DNA of 64,000 nt from Lepidodermella squamata (GCA_047495785.1 JBLDXI010000007.1:1798001-1862000), one strand, 5' to 3'. Positions 12,925 to 23,709 are shown, counted from the stretch's first letter. Made by a program: numbers and translations. The notes: generated from the sequence alone by a model not told the origin.

Positions 12925-13885
12925 TTGTAAATTGTTTTGTAATTTTTTGTTGAATTTTTGTCTTAAATTGTTGAAATGTGTTGTAGTATATGGTGTTGTA
13001 ATTTCCGCTGTTGTTGAGCCCAATAAAACTTTTCCGCTCTTCGTTAGATTCTTTTGTTTAAACTCTTCGGTTCGGACGCACTTCGGACGGTAGTTTTGCG
13101 GGTCTCCGATCCGACGTTCATTGTTTTGCGTGCGCGCGCTGCGTCGGACGCGCTTTTGTTCAAACTTCGGGCGCGCAGGCCGAAGTGCGCGCGTTTGTGA
13201 AAGAAAATCTGAACGTCGGGCAACTATTACGCTACTTCGGTCGCCTATTACGAAACTTCGGGCGCCGAAAACGTCGGACGCTCGTCGGACGCATTTGTGA
13301 AAGCACCATAATCCAGATGGAAGCTCCTAGTCATAAACTTAATGATCATTTAGGATTCCCTAGCCCTTACGCTTCTGCAGCAGCTTGCTGTTGCTGCATA
13401 AAAGATTCAAAGATGTTAGATCCCTATACATAGCAGAACCTGCCAGCGTTTGCTTGTACAATTATTATGGGACATCACCTGAGGTTAGCTTGGCACTAGG
13501 AGTAACTTTGGCACTGGTTGGCTTCAATTCGAGATCTTCCAGCATTACTGAAAATCACTTGTCACAGAACGAGTACTCAGGATTGTCTCAAGGATTGTCT
13601 CAAGTTCGAGGGTTCTGGTGAATATCCTGTCAGTTTCAAGTTCACACATCTGCTAGAAAAGGAGAACATTTTGCCCCAGCAAAGCACATACTGTCGTGAC
13701 TTTGACATAAGGAATGAGGATACCGAAACCCTCAAGTAATTGCTAGTGGGTTGTTTAGCGAATATATGGCTAATTTCGGCAGCAGAACTCTATATGCCCC
13801 GGTGCACGTTGCGGAAAAGATTACACCCACGGCATCGGCATAAAAGGCTGCTTGTACGGGATAATTTTTGTCATATTTCCAAACA

Positions 13886-16225
13886 ATGCTGACATTTTAT
13901 ATAATTTTTTTCTTTACCATGGATGGCCTCAACGCGGAGAAAACAAAAACCCTTTCTGTGATGGCCTTGATGAGTTTCACTGGCATGGAACCTCAGGACT
14001 GCCGGCCATGTGTCGCTGCGATGCAACTCGCTGCGCATCAAATCAATCGCAGGAATGACATCCTCCCTAACTATCAAGTTGTGTTCGACTTTCAAGACGA
14101 AGCCGCTAATTCGAATTTAGCCACGCGCAGACTTTTGGAATATGCCCGTTCGTTTGAAGATAAGCAGGCGTATTGCCAGTCCCCGGTAACAGTTGGCCCG
14201 ACCTCAACAATAGGTTGCATCTCATACGCTTCGGTCCTGTCCCACCTCAATATGGTTTCTATCACTGCTGGATGCGCCTCGCCAGTTTTAGGGGCAAATA
14301 GGAAAACCTACCCAAACATCTATAGAATGACGAACTCCGGGGATGTCACCGTAAGTTCGTGGTTGTACTTCGTTAAATACGTACAAAAATGGAAGAACAT
14401 TGGCTTGATTACATCAACGCGAACGTTAGATTTCCAACTTGCAAATAACTTTTACGCAGCCAGTCAATCCAACAATGTGACCATCAAGTGGTTCGACTCG
14501 TTTGATACTGAAGTCAGTGATGACATGATGAATTCACTGAAGAAGAGTAACGTCAGGGTAATCGTTGTCTCCTTAGGACGATCGTTCAGCAATGTAGAAT
14601 TCCTCTGTGCCGCGTACAGATTTGGGATATCAGGACCAAACTACGTTTATGTGACATACTCCGCGGCCTATATCAATCCTATGTCCCTTCCAAAAGTCAT
14701 AAATCAAAGAAGGAACTGCACCCGTGATGTAATTATTGAACAAATGAAGAATTCAGTCTTTATTGGCACCTCACCCGTTCAGCTGGATAACCCAACACCC
14801 AACAGTCTGGGAGAAAATGTTTCTCAATTTGACGAAACGTATGACAATTTCACCAAGAGCTCTTTCCGAAATTTTTCCGACTATTCTCGGCGCTATTCAT
14901 ACTACGACATAGCTATTCACTCGATTCTCGTGTTACATAATACTGAGATTCTGCTGAAAAAGATGAACATGACTCTGACCGACTACGCTGCTGAGCCGGA
15001 AATGGTTGGTTTAGTTGCCAATCAAAGCGCTGGCCTCACGACCTCCTTCGGGCTCCGAAATGGTTTGGAAGCATTTTCAGCTCGACTTGAGATGGATAGT
15101 TACCCGAATTACCTCTTCACCTGGTCACCAAGGGGTATCAAATTCCATTACAAGATTGTAGCGGGGAAAAATGTGGCCGCATTGGAAGATTTTACAGCTT
15201 TCGTAATGGGGAGTCCGATTAAATGGTCTACAAAAGATGCTACGGCTCCGAATGACATGGCTAAATTTGTTCAAATTCAACGCGATATCGACCCTAGGGC
15301 AAGTCTTGCCATTATAATCCTCATTTCAGGGATTTCGCTGGTCCAATCGGCTTCGATCGTCCGTCTCCTTTACTCTGCGAAGCTAATGAGTAATATCCTG
15401 GGGAAGGTAGTATTAGCAGCAGGGTTTTTATTCATAAATGCATCTGCGGCTTGTTTTGCCGTCGGTTTTGTCGATACTACAAATATAACAAGCCAAAGCA
15501 ATGCTGTAATTTGTCATGCTAGATTACTACTTTTAGTAATCGGCGTTTCTCTGGTTCATGGCGCAATCTTCACGAAATTATTCCTTCACGGCCAAATACT
15601 TTTGACTTTTTTGAGTGGGTTCAAAGGAACACGGGGAGGCGGTGACAGTAGAAATGTAGTGTTTAATGATGCCCTCGAACGAACAGATTCGAAAATGAAC
15701 AACCTTCAGAAGCTTTACCCATCCTTCCTAATTAAACAGCAAGAAAGGCGTAGCATATTGATAACTCTACTGATGACGCTCGTCAATATCAGTGTGGCTA
15801 TCGCCTGGTTTATTCATGACCCTCTCATATTCTATTCGGACGTAATTTCCAGGTATTATGACGAAGAAAACGATACCTTCTTCAGTGTGATAGAAACCGC
15901 TTGCTCGTCACCTGGAGAAATTGGATGGTATGCTGGTCTTGCTGGAAGTCACGGCTTACTCTTGCTGTCTGGAGCTTTTGTGGCTTTCTCTTTGCGAACA
16001 GCTTCCTTGATGTTCGAATGCTCATCGGTCATTCCTGAATTGAATCCTCTGCGTAGAGCAATTTTGGTGGCGGTAACGTCATATTTTGGAACTATGTTGG
16101 TTCTTGTTGGTTTTAACGGTCATCCCACGTGGCAGTATTTGGTAATATCCATCGCACTTCTTTGCCATTCCTCGGCAACATTCTGTTTCATTTTCATTCC
16201 ACCGCTGAAACAGATCCTGTACTAA
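13886..16225 (+). CDS. Class C GPCR, paralog 4 (intronless; closest to paralog 3)
   Basis: INRRNDILPNYQV, TSTRTLDFQLA, WFIHDPL, PELNPLRRA; seven TM helices. Confidence 0.9.
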   Translation: MLTFYIIFFFTMDGLNAEKTKTLSVMALMSFTGMEPQDCRPCVAAMQLAAHQINRRNDILPNYQVVFDFQDEAANSNLATRRLLEYARSFEDKQAYCQSPVTVGPTSTIGCISYASVLSHLNMVSITAGCASPVLGANRKTYPNIYRMTNSGDVTVSSWLYFVKYVQKWKNIGLITSTRTLDFQLANNFYAASQSNNVTIKWFDSFDTEVSDDMMNSLKKSNVRVIVVSLGRSFSNVEFLCAAYRFGISGPNYVYVTYSAAYINPMSLPKVINQRRNCTRDVIIEQMKNSVFIGTSPVQLDNPTPNSLGENVSQFDETYDNFTKSSFRNFSDYSRRYSYYDIAIHSILVLHNTEILLKKMNMTLTDYAAEPEMVGLVANQSAGLTTSFGLRNGLEAFSARLEMDSYPNYLFTWSPRGIKFHYKIVAGKNVAALEDFTAFVMGSPIKWSTKDATAPNDMAKFVQIQRDIDPRASLAIIILISGISLVQSASIVRLLYSAKLMSNILGKVVLAAGFLFINASAACFAVGFVDTTNITSQSNAVICHARLLLLVIGVSLVHGAIFTKLFLHGQILLTFLSGFKGTRGGGDSRNVVFNDALERTDSKMNNLQKLYPSFLIKQQERRSILITLLMTLVNISVAIAWFIHDPLIFYSDVISRYYDEENDTFFSVIETACSSPGEIGWYAGLAGSHGLLLLSGAFVAFSLRTASLMFECSSVIPELNPLRRAILVAVTSYFGTMLVLVGFNGHPTWQYLVISIALLCHSSATFCFIFIPPLKQILY

Positions 16226-16885
16226 CGAGTAGATCGCCCCGAGAACGCGAATAATTAGTCGGTTACATTTCAAATTACCTGTCGGTAACGCAGTCCGCAA
16301 TATTTGGTGCGATATAGCCCGATATTCATTAGCTCATAGTTAGACATAAGCATGTGTTAAACTGTAGGATAGGTAAATCGTAGTATCAATGTACGCTGTC
16401 AATTGTACGCTGTCAGTTGTCACGAGCTGTCCTGGCATTTTTGCGAAAACCCGTACATATTCGTTAGGCAATGCGCACTGAAATAAAACACTGCATGACG
16501 ATCACGGACTCTTACTTTATTCGTAATTGGAGACAAAACTGAAGTTTTTATGAGGCGATGGGTTATATAGCGATTACGTTACCATGGTTTAGAGGTTGGA
16601 GAGTTGAGAAGATTTGTGTAAGATCCACACTCATTTGGAAATTTATCACTTATTTGAGTTCGAAACAACGGGAGTCGTGAGAAAAAATTCAGGGAAAGAA
16701 GAAATTTAAGGCGAAACGGATCGTCAATGGAATGCCAACGGAGGTGTAGCATATGCTTACCCTCGAAACTGAGATGAATGCATTAACATGTTGCCGGAAG
16801 CCGTTAAGCGAACACGTAAATACGTGCTGCCACTAACAGAGTCAATGCCCCTCGTATTTCCGACACTTTGATTAATCTTCGTAGG

Positions 16886-19279
16886 ATGAATATCATCATT
16901 CTGATTCTCACCATATCTGCTCTGTCACCGATTCCAGGTCAGGCTCGAAAGAACAAGACGTTATCTGTCTTAGCTCTAGTCGGCTTCACCGGTAATGAAC
17001 CTCAGGATGGAAAAGCTTGTGCCGCTGCTATGGAATTCGTTGTTAAAGTTGCTAATTCAAGGAAAGATATATTGCCAAACTATCACCTGGTTCTTGACAT
17101 ACAAGATGAAACCATGAACTCAAATCTAGCAACTAGTCGCTTGATAAACTACATTCGATGGTTTGAAAACAGCGAAAACAAGACAATCTCTCAGTCTCCG
17201 ATAACCATCGGTCCGAGTTCATCGGCTAGTTGCCTGCCGTACGCCGCGACTTTGGCCCCATTGAATATGGTAGCTGTAACAGCCGGGTGTGCTTCGCCAA
17301 TCTTCACTGCGAATCGAGCAGCTGCCCCCAACTTGTATCGCCAACAAATTCCAGGGGAAATCGTTCATAACTCATGGATTTACTTTATCAAGCACGTGAT
17401 GGGTTGGAGAAGCGTTGGACTTCTAACCTCAACTCGATCCCTTGACTTTCAGTTGGCAAAAAGTTTCTACGAAGGTACTTTTAAGCACAAACTGGCTATT
17501 CGCTGGTCAGATGCTTTCGAAAACGATGTCCCCGATGAAATGATGATATCTTTGAGAAGAAGCAACGCTCGCATTATCATGGTCGTGCTAGCGCGTTGGT
17601 TTTCTATCACCGAGTTCTACTGCGCAGCATTCAACTTTGGGGTGACTGGATCTAAGTATGTTTTTGTCACCTATCTCGGAACGTTCACTGACCCTGCCAT
17701 GTTACCGTCATTCACCAATCCGAAGAAGAACTGCACCAGAAACATAATATTGGAGCAAATGAAGTATTCAGTTTTCATCGGCGGCCAATCCGTTTTGTTA
17801 GAAAACAATGGGAATACCTCCCTAGGTTACGACAGAGACGGGTTCGAGCAACTCTACGCCAAATTCACTAACGATATGTACCCAAATAGTCCCGACTTTC
17901 CGCGAAGGCTGCCCTGCCATGATGTGGTAATGCAAGCCACGATGGCCTTACATCAGACTGAAATGAACCTAGCCTCGAGGAATATGACGCTATCTGACTA
18001 CGCCGACCAACCAAATCTTGTGAGCCGAATCGCGAACCAAAGCACCGCAGAACTTGAGTTCCGCGATCTTCGGGTTGGATACGAGAAATATTCCGAACGA
18101 CTCGAAATGGATGGCTACCCCACATTGGTTATAACTTGGTCTCATTTGACGAGTGCACTGGTTCTGAATGGGAAAATAAATGCAGGCGAGCCGGCTAATC
18201 TCTCGATGTATTCCTTTTCGAGTATTACCCAGATCGAGTGGCCCGGTCAGAAAGTCCCGTCGGATATGCCTCGATTCACAAGGATTGCTAAAGATGTGAC
18301 TGACGACCTTTCAATCTCAGTTTACGTCATTTCCGCTCTCTCGGCTTTCGGTCACATTTCGAGACTTTTTTATTTGGTTAGAAAATATTTTACACAACAG
18401 ATTCTACGGCGCAGTCAAATCGTCCTTTTGCTCGCTTGTTTACTAATGGATGGAGGAGCAACAACATTCGCAATCGGTCTTGTCAGCCTAACAGATCTCA
18501 GCAATCCTCTGAATTTACGGTTGTGCTACGTCAAAATCATCTTTACTGTCGTAGGCTTAGCCCTCGCTCACGGCTCTGTCTGCACCAGATTATGGTTGTA
18601 TTTCAAAGTTTATCTATCAAATCGCTCGTATCTGTTTCAGCGTGAAGTATTCACGCCAGCGACGAGTGACATTTTTGTCATTAACAGTGCGGAGGTGCAA
18701 CGGCAGAAATCAATTAGGCTGAAAAAGATGTACCCCGAGCAAATTCAAACTCTTCAAGACAAGAGAAGTTCACAAAGTGCACTCTTATTCACATTCGCAA
18801 ACATCGCGTTTCTGACGATATGGTTCTTAAGCGACCCACTCAAATTACATTTTCGCAACGTTTCCAGCTTTTATGACAGTGATAAAGACCTGTTTGTGGC
18901 CGTTGTAGAAGGTTCATGTAGTTCTGATGCCTTTTCCGCATGGCTGGGGACTTTAGTCGCCGTCCACCTGATTATGCTTGTCATCGGATCCGTGATAGCT
19001 TTTTCCCTTAAGGCAATTTCCGGCATCAAAAAAGTCGATGTTTTGATACCTGAGATGAATCCGATGCGGAGAGTGCAGTTCAACTTTTTAACATTATTCG
19101 CCGCTGCTGTTTTGCTTCTGTTCGGATTCGACAACCATCCTTCGGCGCAGAATGGGACAATAAGCATCACTCTGATGTTGAATTCAGTACTCACATCCAT
19201 TATTTTAGCGGCACCATCGTTAGGGAAAAAAGTCGGCTTTGTGCAGCTAAAATCGCGCACAGCTAGCAATGCTGCATGA
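16886..19279 (+). CDS. Class C GPCR, paralog 5 (intronless)
   Basis: Signal MNIIILILTISAL; ANSRKDILPNYHL, WFLSDPL, PEMNPMRR. Confidence 0.9.
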   Translation: MNIIILILTISALSPIPGQARKNKTLSVLALVGFTGNEPQDGKACAAAMEFVVKVANSRKDILPNYHLVLDIQDETMNSNLATSRLINYIRWFENSENKTISQSPITIGPSSSASCLPYAATLAPLNMVAVTAGCASPIFTANRAAAPNLYRQQIPGEIVHNSWIYFIKHVMGWRSVGLLTSTRSLDFQLAKSFYEGTFKHKLAIRWSDAFENDVPDEMMISLRRSNARIIMVVLARWFSITEFYCAAFNFGVTGSKYVFVTYLGTFTDPAMLPSFTNPKKNCTRNIILEQMKYSVFIGGQSVLLENNGNTSLGYDRDGFEQLYAKFTNDMYPNSPDFPRRLPCHDVVMQATMALHQTEMNLASRNMTLSDYADQPNLVSRIANQSTAELEFRDLRVGYEKYSERLEMDGYPTLVITWSHLTSALVLNGKINAGEPANLSMYSFSSITQIEWPGQKVPSDMPRFTRIAKDVTDDLSISVYVISALSAFGHISRLFYLVRKYFTQQILRRSQIVLLLACLLMDGGATTFAIGLVSLTDLSNPLNLRLCYVKIIFTVVGLALAHGSVCTRLWLYFKVYLSNRSYLFQREVFTPATSDIFVINSAEVQRQKSIRLKKMYPEQIQTLQDKRSSQSALLFTFANIAFLTIWFLSDPLKLHFRNVSSFYDSDKDLFVAVVEGSCSSDAFSAWLGTLVAVHLIMLVIGSVIAFSLKAISGIKKVDVLIPEMNPMRRVQFNFLTLFAAAVLLLFGFDNHPSAQNGTISITLMLNSVLTSIILAAPSLGKKVGFVQLKSRTASNAA

Positions 19280-19356
19280 AAATGGGCGGAAATAGACTCA
19301 TAAATGAACATTTTGAAGTCTGATTCATCAAGGATTCATCTAATAAATTCAGCGTG

Positions 19357-20210
19357 CATAGAGCCCTAGGGGAAGCTTACATAATTCACATAATTCACAT
19401 AATTCGAAAATTTAAGGTGCATTTTTTAATTTCTGAAACTTGCGCCGAAGGCGCCAAAAAACCTTGCCCCGCCGTGAAACGCGAGCGCAGCGAGCATCAC
19501 GGGGCAAGGTTTTTGGCCGAGCTGAGCGAGGCTCTACGAGCGTAGCGAGTCCCTCCGAGAGTAGCGAGATTTCCCTATCATGACTGATTGAGCGAAGCGA
19601 ATTTCCTGTGCTCCCGAGCTCAGCGAGGAATCAACCAAATTTTCATGAAGATACTAACGGAACTATTTCTTTCATTCATTTATATTACTTCGATATTAAT
19701 ACTGATCGATTCGATAAACAGCCGAAAATCAAGCTGAAAATGGTTCAGGGTTCACTCAATAAGGATACAACTTTGGTTATTTAGTCAGGATACCGACGTT
19801 ACCGGGACGCCCTGCTGTTAGAGCAAGGAGGCTCGGTGGCTTTCAAATACTAGTTCTATGAAAGACCATCATTGGCCGTAGATTGCTTGCGTTCTATTTG
19901 ATAGGAGCTTACTGCGCCGTTGTGAAAGCAGGAAGAAGGGAGAATAAGAATAAGACCAAGAATAAGAATAGCAACAAATTTAAACGCTTTTTTAAGCTGC
20001 ATTTTTTATTCTTCAAAATTTTTCGTTTTTAGTCATTTACTATGTGACAATTTTACCAGTTTTTACCCGGTTTCACCAGTTTAGTTGATAGCTTCCCCAC
20101 GGGCACTATGTCTAATAAAGCCCACGGTACGGCTAGTTTCTCGGAAAAATCGCTTCGCCTCGTCTTATTATGTGAGTTTTCCTCGAAACTGGCCTCCCCT
20201 AGGGCTTTAT
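19357..20210. mobile_element. Candidate non-autonomous element with nested imperfect inverted repeats and GC hairpins
   Basis: CATAGAGCCCTAGGGGAAGCT (19357-19377) has imperfect inverted copies at 20090-20110 and 20191-20210. Hairpin GCCAAAAAACCTTGCCCCG...CGGGGCAAGGTTTTTGGC at about 19453-19517. No TSD seen. Confidence 0.5.
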
Positions 20211-20601
20211 TTATACATAAACACTTTTTCTTCTTCTCATTTGCTTGTCTTAACCAGGTACCTGTGGCTATGTTTTCAAAAAATGGTATCAGTAGACAGT
20301 TATTTCAGCCAGAGATTAAACAGCTGAACGTCGTGTCGTTTACAGACTCAAGCCACACCGATTAATATGAGCCTAAACAAACTCTGTGAAGCGAATAAAC
20401 CGAGATTGCAGCGCTATTTTGAGCATTAACCTTTGGGAGCAAACAATGACAGACGTCGTTTTATCAACCCACCCACGTATGTTCTAAGAATGTTCGAGAA
20501 CAATAAACCTTCTGACACCCCATAAGAACAGTCAAAACAATAGCATTATATCACTCACCTAATTTTCACTGTCCTGAATTAAAGTATTCAATCGCTCTGA
20601 C

Positions 20602-21600
20602 ATGTCTGGAAACAACGAAAAGCAACGCTGCAAGAACGGTTGCCAAGACGGGCAATGCAAATGTCCCGAAGGCTCTTGCTGCAAAGGAAACGCTAACCAC
20701 GAATGCGGCAAATGTAACTGCAAGCCTGGCGAATGCAAATGCCCAGCTAATTCGTGCTGCAGAACTGATTGCTGCAAAAACTGCAAGCCAGGTGACTGCA
20801 AGTGCAAACACGAATCTGGTTGCCATAACGATTGCTGCAAAGACTGCCCGCCCGGCGAATGCAAGTGCCCACCTGAATCCTGCTGCAAGAAGGGTAAATG
20901 TGGAAAGTGCAACTGCCCACCTGGTGAATGTAAATGCTCCGGAAATTCATGCTGCAAGAAGGACTGTTGCAAAGGTTGCCCACCCGGTGAATGCAAATGT
21001 CCGGCTGATTCGTGCTGCAAGAAAGAAGGCCATAGCAAGTGTGGAAAATGCAACTGCCCGCCTGGCGAATGTAAATGCTCCAAGGGTTCGTGTTGCAAAG
21101 CTGATTGTTGCAAGGATTGCCCACCTGGTGAATGTAAATGCCCGCCCGAGTCGTGCTGCAAGAATGGAGGCAAATGCGGTAAATGCAACTGCCCCGCTGG
21201 TCAATGCAAGTGTCCTGGAAAATCCTGCTGCAAGAAAGAAGGCCATGGCAAGTGTGAAAAATGCAACTGCCCGCCTGGCGAATGTAAATGCTCCAAGGGG
21301 TCGTGCTGCAAGAAGGACTGTTGCAAAGACTGCCCACCAGGGGAGTGCAAGTGCCCGGCTGATTCTTGTTGCAAGAAGCAAGGAACTGGTAAATGTGGCA
21401 AGTGCTCTTGTGCCCCTGGTGAATGTAAGTGTTCCGATGGTTCGTGTTGCAAGAAGCAGTGCTGTGACGGCTGCTCTCCTGACACCTGCAAATGTCCCGA
21501 TGGGCCTTGTTGCAAAAAAGATGCCAGTGGAAAGTGTACTTCCTGCAACTGTAAGCCAGGCGAATGCAAATGCCCGGGCGGTTCTTGCTGCAAGAAATAA
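20602..21600 (+). CDS. Very long modular metallothionein-like protein (332 aa, 14 Cys modules)
   Basis: Intronless ORF; about 96 Cys by hand count (~29%) in CxC, CC and CxxC motifs; Lys/Gly/Pro-rich; no F, W or Y; no signal peptide; AATAAA near 21724. Confidence 0.82.
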   Translation: MSGNNEKQRCKNGCQDGQCKCPEGSCCKGNANHECGKCNCKPGECKCPANSCCRTDCCKNCKPGDCKCKHESGCHNDCCKDCPPGECKCPPESCCKKGKCGKCNCPPGECKCSGNSCCKKDCCKGCPPGECKCPADSCCKKEGHSKCGKCNCPPGECKCSKGSCCKADCCKDCPPGECKCPPESCCKNGGKCGKCNCPAGQCKCPGKSCCKKEGHGKCEKCNCPPGECKCSKGSCCKKDCCKDCPPGECKCPADSCCKKQGTGKCGKCSCAPGECKCSDGSCCKKQCCDGCSPDTCKCPDGPCCKKDASGKCTSCNCKPGECKCPGGSCCKK

Positions 21601-22164
21601 GCTGGAAGGCTTGGACGTCGAATGAACTCTGAAATCACCCCAATCACAACGGATCATATAAAATCGTAACTACTTGTGGCAAAGCCACTGATGATTTTTT
21701 TGTGATTTACTAATATGATTTTGAATAAATTCCTGCATGCACATATCTTCGATTTTCCGTATGGTCGTATAGTAACCTGCCAAAAACTGTGCACAGAAAA
21801 AAAGAGCCGCGATATTAGCACAACGAAATAGATCCGAACGAAATATCATGAAATTATCATGAAATCGAATTAAAGAAATTAAAACTGATAGAATCGGGAC
21901 TCCAAAATGACGTCCTGTGACGTAAAATGGATTTCTTACTGTTCGAAAGCCTGACTTTGAACGGTTTTTTCTAGCTCAAACACAATCCCAAACCGTATAT
22001 GACCCTTTGCAGGCATCAATATCGACTTCACTATATTTCGACATCCACGGCCGCTGAGTCCCTCTTAAATTTCCCTAATTTGCTAAAATTCAGTGAAACT
22101 TGGGCTCGAATAACAATTGCTGTTGGGTTTTTAAGACACATTCTAGGTTGTTTTAGGTTGAATT

Positions 22165-22573
22165 CATAGAGAAAAAATGACCAGAGAAAGCACTCAAGCT
22201 AAAATTTCTAAATCCTCATTTTAAATCAAAGTTGACTTTCTCAAAACGGATATCTCCGTTTTCTACCAAATTTTGCATGCCTATAGAACGCGAGCTGCTC
22301 TTTCACGTGGTATAAGATTTGAGGTGGGCAACCCAACCGTTGTTAAGATACAAAAACCTCGTTTTCACTATGGTTTTACTTATTTTGATGATATCAAGAC
22401 TGAGCAGCAATTGCCCACCTCAAATCTTATACCACGTGAAAGAGCAGCTCGCGTTCTATAGGCATGCAAAATTTGGTAGAAAACGGAGATATCCATTTTG
22501 AGAACGCACTTCTGCAATAATGGAGATCAGTATTTTAGCTTGAGTGCTTACTCTGGTCATTTTTTTCTCTATG
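22165..22573. mobile_element. Foldback MITE (409 bp) with 8-bp TSD (P or hAT superfamily)
   Basis: Ends CATAGAG...CTCTATG; near-perfect inner arms about 22240-22331 and 22411-22503; GTTGAATT duplicated at 22157-22164 and 22574-22581. Confidence 0.85.
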
Positions 22574-22730
22574 GTTGAATTATACGACATGTCTGATGAA
22601 AAAAGTCTCACCCGGTTTAAAATTATTAGAACATAGCGCAGAGGAACCAGATGTGCAGTTGCGCACGCGCTCACAATGTGGCAAAAAACTGTGCTTCTTT
22701 TATTCATTCATAAAGTTGTTGCATCATGAT

Positions 22731-23709
22731 CATAGACATAATTTAGGATAGACTGCTTACTCACGAGAAAAAGGGTGCTACGCCATGGGCGCCAGATGGT
22801 CAGCTGATTCATCAGCGCTTGGAGGAAAAGTAAACAAAATATTCGATTCTTTTTTTACTGGTTCCGTGACGGTGTCGATTTTCCCAAAGGTTTGGTTGAT
22901 GGATCCAGACAGAGGAAATTACGAGGAACACGTTGGTTATTTTTTCGAAATTTTTAAAGGAATTTCAACTGGTGTTATCGACGAAAAATGGTTTCGCAGT
23001 TACAAATAAAAATAATTTTCAGGATCATTTAAATTGAAATTGAAGCTGTTTTTTAATGGTCCAGGTAGCCCACATCGTGGTCCACATGTCGATGCTTGGA
23101 GCGAACTTCGATGATTTTTCCCTGAATTTCCAGGAATTTTAGAGACGAAATCTCAACCTCCAGCTATACAAAAACTGGAGGTTTCGAGTTGGAATCTTTG
23201 TTGACAGCACGTGCGCCACACCCACATGGCGTAGCTGGAAAAAGATTGTAGTTGGGCTTTTCTTTAAATATAATGCCAATTCCGCTTGGTGATATTTTGA
23301 TAATTCCTAGAAAATCAGTAAAAAATCATCGAAGTTCGCTCCAAGCATCGACATGTGGACCACGATGTGGGCTACCTGGACCATTAAAAAACAGCTTCAA
23401 TTTCAATTTAAATGATCCTGAAAATTATTTTTATTTGTAACTGCGAAACCATTTTTCGTCGATAACACCAGTTGAAATTCCTTTAAAAATTTCGAAAAAA
23501 TAACCAACGTGTTCCTCGTAATTTCCTCTGTCTGGATCCATCAACCAAACCTTTGGGAAAATCGACACCGTCACGGAACCAGTAAAAAAAGAATCGAATA
23601 TTTTGTTTACTTTTCCTCCATGCGCTGATGAATCAGCTGACCATCTGGCGCCCATGGCGTAGCACCCTTTTTCTCGTGAGTAAGCAGTCTATCCTAAATT
23701 ATGTCTATG
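22731..23709. mobile_element. Foldback element (979 bp) with ~390-bp near-identical TIRs
   Basis: Ends CATAGACATAA...TTATGTCTATG; the arms give the mirror ORFs 22785+ and 23655-; flanks ATCATGAT and ATCATGAG (7 of 8 match). Confidence 0.88.

Larger units (their letters stand above)
9648..13308. mobile_element. Full-length autonomous PIF/Harbinger DNA transposon (3661 bp)
   Basis: Perfect 21-bp TIRs TGGTGCTTTCACAAATGCGTC at 9648-9668 and 13288-13308; TAA target-site duplication at 9645-9647 and 13309-13311; contains a DDE transposase and a MADF gene in divergent orientation. Confidence 0.95.

Noticed and set aside
20200-20601. Metal response elements (TGCRCNC) upstream of the metallothionein
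   Set aside because: None found by eye in the proximal region, so MTF-1 control is not supported.
20559-21657. Long antisense and alternative-frame ORFs over the metallothionein
   Set aside because: By-products of repetitive Cys/Lys/Pro codons; only the 20602 frame has a coherent composition.
22785-23655. Two nearly identical 74-aa ORFs on opposite strands
   Set aside because: Mirror images within the foldback TIRs; no coding signature.
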